64,000 nt of DNA, taken from Plasmodiophora brassicae (Eukaryota). The translations under genes were made by a program, and so were the position numbers. Shown here piece after piece: positions 45,413-56,145 of the stretch (positions are counted from its first letter, which is position 1; each line of letters begins with the position of its first letter). The DNA lies in assembly GCA_036867785.1 (NCBI GenBank), contig CP145418.1, positions 496,001 through 560,000 on the forward strand. Direction: 5' to 3'. Under the pieces are notes generated by a model, which was not told where the DNA came from, ran no database searches, and worked only from the letters and a program-made list of their open reading frames with translations.

Positions 45413-48400
45413 ATGTCGGACGATGGTACGACGGTCGTCAAGCAGCAAGAGCAGCGCTTTCACGGGGCGTTCACGACGATATCGTCGATGGGCACCCGGC
45501 GCATGCAGGCGCCGCTGTCATCGCTGATGTCGTCTGCGGGCGCTGACAGCAGCAGTGTTTCGCCTGTTGAGGAGCCCGAACGGGGTGATGATGGACCTGA
45601 TGCGTCAAATGACAGCTCGATATACCTTGCTGTTTCGATGAAAGGGAACCCCGCCAATGGGTATGCGTGCCATGTTCGCTTGATGAAGGCCTTCAATACT
45701 GATCATCGTTACAGAAAACCAATTGGGGTGGCGTATTTTGACGCAGACACTGACATTCTTCACGCGGGCCAATTCACCGACGTTGAGCGTTGCCTCCTAC
45801 AGTCAGGTTTGCGAATGTTTTTCGTCTTGCTGGTACGTATACTTGCAGCTTCATCTAACATAGTCTCTCAGTTAAAACCAGCTTATCTCCTCGAGCCATA
45901 CTCACGTCCACGCGCTCTGGAGATGACAACTTCGAATTATTGAAAATGGGACCAATAGGTCGGCAATCACCTTTGTCATCATTGGTGCCTTGCGGTAACT
46001 CATGATCGATTAACAATCAAGATGCTTCCGATGACTCTGCAGGATATAATGTCGTCACGGTCAAGAGGTCCGAATTCAATTTCGATGCTGCAGTGCATGT
46101 ATGGCAGCGATGGTTCGCGTAGCGTGAACTGACGCCCCTTTCCACTTTACAGCGTCTGAAGCTAACGCACATCGCCGAGTTCCAAAGCGAGGCTGTCGAA
46201 TCCGACGAGGTCGACGAATTCTCCCAGCAACTGAAACTCATGAGTGTCCTCAATTTCGACAAGCGCGAAATGGTTGCTTGCCCGTGTTCGACTTTCTGCA
46301 AAGGCTGACGTGCCAACTAGATTTGCGCTATCGGGGGTCTTCTCAGCTATTTGCACAGGAACCGAATCAACCATCAGCTTGACGACCAGCTCACGGTTTC
46401 CGCTATCCGAAGTCTTGATCTTAGCGACATTATGATTGTTGAAAGTAGTGCAATGCGCTCCTTGTGTATATTTCAGGTTAAAAGTTGTGGCATCATCGAG
46501 CTGGTGACTAACTTTGAATAATGGCCTGCAGAGGGAATCGCATCCTGTAGGATCCAGCACTCGTAAGGAAGGCCTCAGCATTTTTGGTCTACTGGATGAA
46601 ACGAAGACAGCTCAAGGCAGGCGACTGCTAAAGTTGTGATGCAATGCTGTGAAAAGACTTCTGTCGTTCTCATATCGTTGCAGGTCTTGGCTTATGAACC
46701 CTACCTTGAACATCGACACCATCATTCAGAGGCATGAAGCTGTCGAGCAGCTGCTTCATCCAAACAATGAGCACTGGCTCGCGGAAGTGGCTCTTATTCT
46801 GAGGAGCGTCAAAGACATTAACCGACTCATCAGCAAGATTCAGAATGTTCGTGCTACCTATTCAGACTGGGCGTTGATCAGTGAGGTAAAACGTCGTTGT
46901 AATGTTCTCATGGTAGCACTGAGGCGCTCTTCAGACACTCCAACAGTTTATTGCGCTACACGAGCTGGCGAAGCGCGAGAACCTGGAGTTTGAACATCTG
47001 CGCAAGGTTGTGTCGCTTTAATGTCTGCCTAGAGTATAGGAAGCTTAGGAAATGGTCACCAGATTGCCTCTGAATCCGAAGACGAATTGCTCGAGTATGG
47101 AATCAATGTAATTCGCTAAACCCTGCTGAATCTTCCACCAGGCTGAATAACCTCATCACTTCTGTCATTGATTTCGCCCAAAGCCGGGTTACTCAGAAAC
47201 TCGAAATCAGGGCTGGCATCAGTCCACAGGTGAATGGCAATGTCACTTTCCCTTTTGCAGCTGCTGATGCTCGAACGATCGGACAGCTTGATAGCCTAAA
47301 GCACGACTATGAACGTCTCGGAGATTTTCTGACAACAGTCGCTGAGGAATTGTTCCAGTCGTCGCCTGCAACATTTTCTGGTGTCGAAGTACTGCACCTG
47401 CCGCAACTGTCTGTCCGCTGTGCCTACCCGAAGTTTTGCCTAACATGTCTAATTAGTGGTCATTTAATCGCATTGCCTGTCGATGCCAATCGCGACATCC
47501 AAACGCACAAGCACATCGATCAGTTGGAATTCCAGTTCATTGCAGAGGACAAGCTGTTTTACAAAAATGAGAGAACCAGGCAGCTCGACAACGAGATTGG
47601 TGATATCCGAGGCTAGTACTGTATTCAGGTTCAGAAGTTGCTATTTTGACGTCGTTGACTCAGGCGTAATATGTGACATTCAGTCTAGTTTCATCCGGGA
47701 GCTAGCAGAATACGTTATTCGTTGCCGCTCTCGTCTCACAGCCTTATCTGCAATCGTTGCAGAAATCGACTCGTCAGGCTTACCGTCATGCTTTCCAATG
47801 TTCTCTGTTGAATTTGCCTCTCCAGACTTGTATCCCTTGCTCAAGCTGCCGCTTCGTATGGTTTAACAAGGCCGGCTATGGTGTCAGAAAACTGCCTGCG
47901 AATCCAGAATGGTTTTCACCTTCTCCAGGATCAAACCGTCGACCAGTTCATTCCGAATGACACTACGCTTGGCGATTGTGACGATGGTAAGTGCGCTTGG
48001 GACGTCGGCGAAATGAGTTTGTTGACTTCGAATCCAGGTAAACCAGTTATTGTACTGACAGGCCCAAACAGCAGGTAGGCTCACTCAACGCGTCATGTCT
48101 GGCCTCGCTAACGACCTCTTAGCGGCAAGAGCGTTCTTCTGAAACAAGTTGGCATAATTGCATGTAAGTCAGCTGGAACACCTCCTCAATGCCGTGTGGC
48201 GAATCTCATTTTACCAATTGATGGTAGACCTTGCACAGTGTGGTTCTGTGAGTCGGATAATTGATTTCCCAGCGAAATCAGTTGTCCCAATTTGCATTTA
48301 GTTCGTTCCCGCCCAGAAGGCAGTACTCGGTTTGACAGACCGGATCTTCTGTCATATGGATATCGCGTCAAATTTGTCAACTTTTGCTGCCGATTGCAAT

Positions 48401-49202
48401 CAGATTAGCTGTATGGTTGGCCTAATTCTAGGTTCTTTGGTGTGTATGTATAACTGCTTGGTCAGACATGCTCAAACATGCAACTTCGTCTAGCTTGTGT
48501 GACACGGATCCTGTATGCTTCGTTATGTTTCATTGAACCGTTTTCCAAAGGTTGCTTTTGGATGAATTTGGAAAAGGAACCAGTAAGGAAGATGGGCTCG
48601 CTCTGTTGGCAACAACTTTGCGCTATATTAGCAACCGTCCGGGTCAAGAGTGCCCTCGTGCTATCGGTAAAGCCCACTCCCATATGTCAACCGTTTCTAA
48701 CGGCCGGTTCAGTGACAACTCACTTCCATGAGCTCTTCAGCTTCGGGTTGCTGTCACAGGACGATGCGACGAATATCGCATGCTTCAAAATGGATATCGT
48801 AACAAAGCCATTGACGATGACTGCACCTATTCCCAATTCGGTACTGCACTCCTGCGCATTCCTCTCGTATGTTGCTGACTGTCTACAGGTCGCCTTTTTG
48901 TACAAGATGGTTCCAGGTATATCTATGCATAGTTACGGCGTGGAATGTGCATCTCAAGCAGGTCTTCCCGAGCACGTCATTAACAGGGCTCGCTCTGTGT
49001 CGGAGTCCTACATGAATTTCAAGGTCAATAGTTCAGCGATTCACCTCGCACTGATGGCGTCTTATGACCTGGCCTGTAGCCTGTGTACCGCATTTACGAA
49101 GAGCCGGAATCATTCATCAAGCTGTACAACTCGTTTCTGGGCCTTGATGTCGAAGACGACCAGCAAGTGTCTGCATTCGTTTCCACGTTAGGTAGCTTAT
49201 GA
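45413..49202 (+). CDS. MSH5: Meiotic MutS homolog MSH5, many introns
   Basis: KEGLSIFGLLDETKTAQGRRLL, LDNEIGDI, LTGPNS|SGKSVLLKQVG, LLDEFGKGT..DGLAL, TTHFHEL and FLYKMVPG..SYGVECASQAG. No mismatch-binding domain I is seen. Confidence 0.88.
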
Positions 49203-49419
49203 ACGACACGTGGAAATTCAACATGATTTCCAGTGCCACCGTCTTCGTTTGACCAGAGCGATTAGCCCAGTACTGTCACGTTCCAGCGCTGATGTCAAAG
49301 ACGTAGTTGGCTGCTGCACTCCTGTTTATAGTACGTAGCACACAGACACTCTGGAAGGTCAGATGTCGTGCCAGCAGCCGTGGTTGTGTAACCAGCCTTG
49401 GCGGCGTGTCGTTCAGTGG

Positions 49420-50500
49420 TCACTCGCCTGGCGAATTGTTTCATGTTCTGCGGAGGAAGTCAACTGCCGTGCCAGGGCGTGAGGCGTCCAACTGCTTGTT
49501 TCTCGCTGAAGCCCATTCAATATTCGTCACGCCAACAGCCCGACGACGGGCATCGACAGCATCGACCCGGTTGCGGTATCGAGAATACTCTGGTCGTTCG
49601 CCCTCGTCGACCGGCCGTCGTTAGGCGGTCAGATTCCTTCCCCGCCTCGCCAATGTCACATTCGACCGACTATCTCCGCACATGGCCGCGAACCTGAACA
49701 GCAGACGCACGTCGATGCCTGATCAGGAGCAATGCCCCGCCATAGTTGAACGGTGCCCTGGCAGGCTGTCTGAGCTGTTCGACCGGGGCTTTCAATGGGT
49801 CCGCGAGCAACCTCCAGCGACGGCCGCGGGCGGGACACGACGCTGTCAGCGAACTGGATATACCGTCGATGGCTCCTTTGACGACGAAAGGCCGGTCGCC
49901 AGAGTCGCATATAGGTACGAGAACGACCCAGTCGGCCGCCTTTCGTGATCGTCCACTTGCTCGCCACGGCTGGGTGGTAAACGCTGCCATCTCGCCCGGT
50001 TCCGGGATCCGCCTTCCGTCCCCCGATTGGGACGCTCTGCACCATGCTGTTCAGCGCGGCGACGTCCACCTGGTCGGCGCATTGCTTCGCGGAACGAGCA
50101 TGGCTGGCCCGCTCTCCATTTGACGCCGCTGCACACGTTAGCCCGCTCAGGGCGGGGCGACGTCGCCGTCAAGGCTGCTCTACCTATGTACGTCGTTGTG
50201 CGGCGCGGCGCGGACGTGTCGGCGAGCGGCCACCAGGAGCTCCAACCCATGGACGTCGCCGGGTCCCACACCGTTCGCAAATTGTTATCAGATGCCATCC
50301 GTGGTGAACGTGCGTCCCGGACACGTTCTGCCGAGGGTGCCCAGGCCTTCGCGCGGCGAGACGAGGGCCTGAGGTGTCAAAACCTGCTATGAATCATCGG
50401 GGCAGGAACGCTCAGTGGTCGACGTGAGCCCAATACGCGAACATTGGCGGATCGCTTGTCGGTGCTCATGTATGGACGCGCCGTTGCCCAGTCAGGACAC
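49420..50500 (+). pseudogene. Frameshifted pseudogene of the RAP-like/ankyrin/TM family (paralog of about 53380-55120)
   Basis: DNA-level matches include atcgacccggttgcggtatcg, cctgaacagc..gtcgatgcctga, cttgctcgccacggctgg and cccaatacg..attggcgg. Homologous peptides hop between frames and contain stops. Confidence 0.8.
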
Positions 50501-51083
50501 CGGCGACAGCGACAGCCGCGCATGACATGGTCAAGGACGGCGTACCAGTAGTAACGCCTGCGGTCGTCGGGATTGCTTCCAGGCGCACCCCCCACCGTCA
50601 CCTATCGTTTACCGGCCGGTCACGATCAACGTCATCGCGTGCCGGCGCCGCAACCCCAGAACCGTCCCCGTCACATCATGAGGCATCATTGCTGTCGGGT
50701 CCGTTGCGCTCGTCGTCATCCGCATCTGCGTACTTCTCGGTTCCACTCCCACTTCATCCAGTACGTATGATGCCGTCAAGCACATGACCGTCCATTGGCA
50801 ATCGACGAAAAGTACTGGTCGGCGTGCGGGTCAGGGTCATGCGATCGGCCTCCTTGCGGTCTTCTCGGGGATTGTCCCCCCAGATATTGTGCCCGAGGTA
50901 GCATTTCCAATACCCCATTTGGACACCTGTTATGGTCACTGGGTTGTCATTTTCGGAAGATGCTACGGTCGCGGTGCTGAAGCTTGTGAGGTGCGCGCGC
51001 GGCCGCGCGCGGCCGAATATAGCCAGTGCGCAAATTTCGGGCCCACTGCAGTTGACTCCCCCGGTGTTCAGATCGCTTCCGTC

Positions 51084-54000
51084 ATGCGTTTCCGATGGAT
51101 TTGGCGCTGGTGCCTCGTTGCCGTCGTCGTCGTCACCGTCGAATCATTTGCTGACGATGGCGCTGTCGAACGCGACCGAAGCAGGCTGGACCAACTGACG
51201 ATCGATGAACTGGTCGACCTGTTGGACAATGCCACTCGTTCAGAGCCCTTGATGCCTGCTTGGGAGTGGCCGGAGATGGCTGCCTTGCAGAGGAAGATGG
51301 CGAATCTGCCAGCAACAGAGGCGGTCGACAGCCTGGTCTACCTTTATTCCCGGGTCCGACATGGGATCGAGGATATCGTCCGCCAGACCGCTGTGGCAGT
51401 CCTCGATCAGTCTCCCACGGTAGATACGAATAGGCTCTTAAGCCTGGCAACCATCGTGTGGGATAGGTTGGGTCGTGATCATCAGACATGGCCGCTTGTC
51501 CAGCATGTTGCTTCTACAATGATTCCTGTCGTTGCGACACTGAACGTGGCCCAGATCAACCAGCTCCTGTCTCTGATCGCCGGAGGAGGCCCTATGTTAT
51601 CCCAGCAGCTCATGGAGGTCATGCTGTCGGACTTGTCATCGTTCACGAATAAGACCAGCTGCCTGATCGACATCCTTTCCCATCTGTTCTACAGCGTCGA
51701 TATTGGTGATACATACCCACTGCTCGACGTGGCCGCCCCGATTCTGTCGGCGAGTGTATCATCGCTCACCGCGAAAGACGTGGTAAGGACGGCGAATCTC
51801 TACGCCGAGGCAACCGCAAGGGGTCCTGCCCCGTCCAGCTTTTCCGGCGCTTATATTGGTGCCTGGGCATTCATCACGACGATCTTTCCCGACGCCGCAC
51901 GACAGGTCGTTGCCCCCCAGCCAATTTCAGGCAACCTTTCCAACCTGTTTGACGCCATCTTACGACGAGCGCTGTCGACCCGCAACGTATTTTCTGTCGA
52001 CGATATTGCCACGCTGTCGAAGTGGTTCCGGCGGGCCGGCCTGGAGTCTGCCGCGGCATTGCTTCGCGACCGGGTTGCACCCTGCAATCATGCCACAATC
52101 GACGAGCTGGTTGACATGCTGCTCAGCGAATCTGCATTGGACTCCGTCTTGCCTGCTCGTGAACGGCCGGAAATGATTGCCTTGCAGAGGAGGATGGCGA
52201 ACCTATCAACAACTGAGGCGATTGACCATCTGGTCTGGATAACTAAGTCCCTGGTCTCCGGAGGGACCGAAGACATCGTCCGCCAGACCGCTGTGGCCGC
52301 CCTCCATCCGTCTGCCAACGTTGATGCAGATAGGCTTATAAAACTGGCGACCGTCATCGCGGAGAATCCTGGGAGCGACATCTACACAATCATGTCCCTT
52401 TGGCAGTCGCTTGTTGCCTCTACCCTCATTCCTGCCGTTCCGATGCTGACCGAGCTCCAACTGCAGCGCCTGTATCGACTGATCCAGCGTGTATCACCTT
52501 CACTGTCCCACCAGATTATGGAGGTCGTCCTGAGCGACATGTCGCCCTTCGCAAACAAGACCAACTGCCTGATCGACACCCTGGCCCTTGTTGTCGAGAA
52601 CGTTGACCCTGCCGCCGTGTACCCATTGTTCGACGCGGCGGCTCCGATTCTGACCCGGGATTCGGAGTCACTCACCGCGCAACAGGTGGCCCAGACGGCG
52701 TACCTGTACGCCAGGGCAGGCGTAGGCCCGTCCGTCCCGCCAGGCACCCCTGCCACCACTGACGAATACTGGGCCGACCTGTCCGCGATATTCCCCAACC
52801 TGCCACGACAGATCGCGTCCGGCCGTCAGCAAATGACGAATAACACTGCTGGCCTGTTCGACGCCATCTTGCATCGGGCGCTGTCCGCCTCCTTCGGCTT
52901 CCGTATCGTCGATATCGCCCGACTGCTGATATCGTTCCGGCGTGCCCGTCTGGATTCCGCCTCGGCATTGCTCCGGGATCGGTTCGCTCCGACCGTACGT
53001 TCATCTCTGCCTTCGGACGTCACGACGCTCTGTATGCTCATCATATCGTTTCGCGACGAACCGGACACGCTCGACGTCGAGCGTGACTGCCATAACGACA
53101 TCAGAAGGGTCGCGTTCCAGAGGCTGGTGATGTCCCATACTCTGCCCTCCATAGCGGAGCATCCCCTGATCTTGTCGGCGGTCGAGTTCGCGTTCTCTCC
53201 CCGCCTGCCCACCATTGTTCCCGAAGTTACAGGCTTTAGGTCATCGGATATCGAATATCGTTCCTGTCAAGGCACGGCGAGGGTAATAGCCTTATTCGTC
53301 AGGCATCGTCATGCTGCGCCTTTCGATTTCGTTCAGGACGTGGTCATCAGGATGCTCACATCGTCGTTATGGAGTGACGTGCATCTGTTCGAACTGGTCG
53401 ACGCCCTCGTGATCCTCGCCGAATCTGGGGCTGACTCTACGATGCTGTACGATGCATTTACTGTTGTCCTGTTCCGCCATATCGACGACATCGACCCGGT
53501 ATCCACGTCTCGGGTGCTGTGGGCATTCGCTCTCGCCGACCTGCCCCGGTACGCGATCGGGTTCCTGCCTCGCCTCACCAATGTCACGTTGGACGCTCTC
53601 TCCCCGCACATGATGACCGGCCTGAACAGCTGGCGAATGTCGATGCCTGACGATGAGTACGCCGGCATCATCAAGGGCTGCCCTGATGCAGTCGCCGACC
53701 TGTTCGACCGATGTCTTGATTGGGTGCGTGATCAGCCCCTTGAGAACGATCTGGGGCGCCGCTGCCCGCGTACCGGGCACGTGATCGACTCGGTCGGTGA
53801 CGACGGTGCGACCGCCATCGTCATCTACAAGAGCCGGCCCATCGACATTGTCGCGCGCCTTCGGCATCGGTCTCTTGCCCGGCACGGCTGGACTGTCAAG
53901 GGTTTCGTAGGCTCTCAGGCCTCGAAATGCCTAGCGATCACCGACAATATGGATGCTCTTCAGATCGCCACTCGACGTGGCGATGTCGCGCAGGTCACCA

Positions 54001-55529
54001 GCCTGCTCAGACGACGTCCGTCGATCGTCTCATACGAGAAGCCCAGGTGGACCCCAATGCATACGCTCGCCCAGTCGGGTCGCGGAGACATCACGTCTCT
54101 GATTGATGCGCTGAGTTCCTATTTCCGGCTGTGTGCTGGCACTCTGGATGGCCAGACGCCGTTCGACGTCGCCCAGGTCAGCAACAATGAGCACGTGACG
54201 CAGGCTCTGGGCCACAAGCGTGCCAGTTGCCGCGGGCGGGCACCCAGGTTTCACGTGCGCCCTGACGTCCAACCATTTACTGGCATCCCGGTGCTGTCCC
54301 TGTACACGGGTGGTTCCAGTTCGGAGGAGCCGCTCATCGTCTTCGCCAGGAGCAATGCCCCCGTGACGTCCAGGATGGAATCCGTGCTTCACGTTGTCGT
54401 ACGGTATGAGGCCGACCTGGGCACGATCGGCGGGACCGTCGATCAGTTGGTGGCCGATGGCGTTTCTGTCACCCTGCACGACGCCGACGGACGCACGGTA
54501 TTGCATGAGGTCGCACGTCGAGGGTACTCTGACGACCTTGTCGAATTGCTCCTGGGCCACGGCGCCGCCATCAACGCTGAGGACTATCAGGGGCAGACGC
54601 CGTTGCACCTGGCCGCTGATAACGGGCGAGCCGAGATCGTCCGCTGTCTACTCGACCAAGGAGCCGATATCGACGCCGCCGATCGCCAGGGTCGTACCGC
54701 TCTGCACCTGGCGGCCGAGAGTGGTCGCAACGAGGCCATTGACGTCCTGATTCGGCGCGGCGCCAACGACACTGCTGTCGACAGTCGAGGGCGCCGACCA
54801 ATCGATGTTGCCTTGGATCCGGACACTCGTGCAACGCTGTCGAATGCAATCCGCGATCGTCGTTCGCTTCCACGTCGAGTCGATGACGTCGCTGTCACTC
54901 CTGATGATGAGGAGGCCCGTAGCCAGCAGCGTGATGATGATCCCTCGCCTCCATTGCCTTCGATCGTTGATACCGGGCGCCCCCCTGAACCGGTACAGTC
55001 CGCTGACACGGGGGCACTATTTGCATCGGCCAACGCGACCGACGCCAAGCTCAGTAGGATTGTCCAGTGGTCGAACTGGGCCCAATACGTCGCCATTGGC
55101 GGGTCGTTACGCGTACTCGCCGCCAGCGCGAAGGCTCGATATCGTCCATCGCGGCCAACATCGTCAACGCCACGCCGGCAAGACGCTGTCCTGACCAGCG
55201 CGTCGCTGGTTGCAGGATTGGCCGTTGGAGTCGCTGCCAGTCGAATCCGTCTGCACCTGCTCTCAAGCACCGGTCCCGGCCTAGCCCAACAGCACTCTCC
55301 CGACCAGCGGCCCAGAACGACCCCAGTTCCATGGGGTGCTATCGTCGTCGGAACCGTTGTCCTCCTCATCATTTGCATATTCATCTACCGCTTGCAGGCC
55401 GATGACATCACTTGTCCTGACATGTGCTGCCTGGGGCAGATCTGCATTGCCTGGTATCGGTTCCGCGTAATGATCGGGCGTCCTCCAAGGTCCCGAGCTT
55501 GTCGGACCCTGCCGAACGCCCAACAGTAA
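51084..55529 (+). CDS. Large signal-peptide protein: duplicated helical region, RAP-like segment, ankyrin repeats, C-terminal TM helices
   Basis: Signal peptide MRFRWIWRWCLVAVVVVTVESFA, an internal duplication of about 300 aa, RLRHRSLARHGWTV, ankyrin repeats (GQTPLHLAADNG, GRTALHLAAESG) and TM WGAIVVGTVVLLIICIFIY. Intronless. Confidence 0.88.
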   Translation: MRFRWIWRWCLVAVVVVTVESFADDGAVERDRSRLDQLTIDELVDLLDNATRSEPLMPAWEWPEMAALQRKMANLPATEAVDSLVYLYSRVRHGIEDIVRQTAVAVLDQSPTVDTNRLLSLATIVWDRLGRDHQTWPLVQHVASTMIPVVATLNVAQINQLLSLIAGGGPMLSQQLMEVMLSDLSSFTNKTSCLIDILSHLFYSVDIGDTYPLLDVAAPILSASVSSLTAKDVVRTANLYAEATARGPAPSSFSGAYIGAWAFITTIFPDAARQVVAPQPISGNLSNLFDAILRRALSTRNVFSVDDIATLSKWFRRAGLESAAALLRDRVAPCNHATIDELVDMLLSESALDSVLPARERPEMIALQRRMANLSTTEAIDHLVWITKSLVSGGTEDIVRQTAVAALHPSANVDADRLIKLATVIAENPGSDIYTIMSLWQSLVASTLIPAVPMLTELQLQRLYRLIQRVSPSLSHQIMEVVLSDMSPFANKTNCLIDTLALVVENVDPAAVYPLFDAAAPILTRDSESLTAQQVAQTAYLYARAGVGPSVPPGTPATTDEYWADLSAIFPNLPRQIASGRQQMTNNTAGLFDAILHRALSASFGFRIVDIARLLISFRRARLDSASALLRDRFAPTVRSSLPSDVTTLCMLIISFRDEPDTLDVERDCHNDIRRVAFQRLVMSHTLPSIAEHPLILSAVEFAFSPRLPTIVPEVTGFRSSDIEYRSCQGTARVIALFVRHRHAAPFDFVQDVVIRMLTSSLWSDVHLFELVDALVILAESGADSTMLYDAFTVVLFRHIDDIDPVSTSRVLWAFALADLPRYAIGFLPRLTNVTLDALSPHMMTGLNSWRMSMPDDEYAGIIKGCPDAVADLFDRCLDWVRDQPLENDLGRRCPRTGHVIDSVGDDGATAIVIYKSRPIDIVARLRHRSLARHGWTVKGFVGSQASKCLAITDNMDALQIATRRGDVAQVTSLLRRRPSIVSYEKPRWTPMHTLAQSGRGDITSLIDALSSYFRLCAGTLDGQTPFDVAQVSNNEHVTQALGHKRASCRGRAPRFHVRPDVQPFTGIPVLSLYTGGSSSEEPLIVFARSNAPVTSRMESVLHVVVRYEADLGTIGGTVDQLVADGVSVTLHDADGRTVLHEVARRGYSDDLVELLLGHGAAINAEDYQGQTPLHLAADNGRAEIVRCLLDQGADIDAADRQGRTALHLAAESGRNEAIDVLIRRGANDTAVDSRGRRPIDVALDPDTRATLSNAIRDRRSLPRRVDDVAVTPDDEEARSQQRDDDPSPPLPSIVDTGRPPEPVQSADTGALFASANATDAKLSRIVQWSNWAQYVAIGGSLRVLAASAKARYRPSRPTSSTPRRQDAVLTSASLVAGLAVGVAASRIRLHLLSSTGPGLAQQHSPDQRPRTTPVPWGAIVVGTVVLLIICIFIYRLQADDITCPDMCCLGQICIAWYRFRVMIGRPPRSRACRTLPNAQQ
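51198..52991 (+). repeat. Intragenic tandem duplication (about 0.9 kb x2)
   Basis: TIDELVD[LM]L..PEM.ALQR[KR]MANL..EDIVRQTAVA..NKT[SN]CLID..LFDAIL..LLRDR.AP occurs at 51198-52083 and again at 52095-52991. Confidence 0.9.
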
Positions 55530-56145
55530 ACTGTTATTATACGCCAGCTCTGTGGTGGTCACCAGCCGTGCTGGGGAAGTGGCGAGACCGGACCATTTGA
55601 CAACCGACAAACGGGACGCCCACCTGCTGAACACTGCCGCTCGATCGGGGTCCTTGTCGCCTGCCCGGGAATGGATGGAGAAGGTGTGCCGCGGGATGGA
55701 CGCGATATCGCCAGGCAACAGTGACATTCGTCGTCGGATCCGTCACCTCCATGGTCATCTGTGTCTTCAGGCGCCGAATCGTATACAGTGACTGCGTGTG
55801 CGTTGGCATATGCTGCTTCCTGGAAACAGGTCGGCTTCGCCTGGCGCCGGTTCCGGGTTGCCATCGGGCGCCCTCCAAAGTCTCGTGCCCGTCGATACCG
55901 CTCCCAAATCCTACCATAGTCAGCCTGAACCTGCCACATGAAGCTGAAGTTCCCGAAACAGTCCAGGCTGTTGCCCAGGTGGTGGAGGTGCAGTGGTGAT
56001 GATCGATCTATCAGGGTCGTTGAGAGAAGGGTCGTTGGGCGGGGAGACGCCGAAAATAGGTCTGCTGTCTGCGAGCGACCGGTCCAGTCAGTGCGTTCAT
56101 GCCCAATCGACCAAGGTCCTCCATTGTTGCAGGATCCCTGCCATC

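Noticed and set aside
44872-45463. Poly-Gly and poly-Pro ORFs
   Set aside because: They are by-products of the poly-G run, with no other coding signal.
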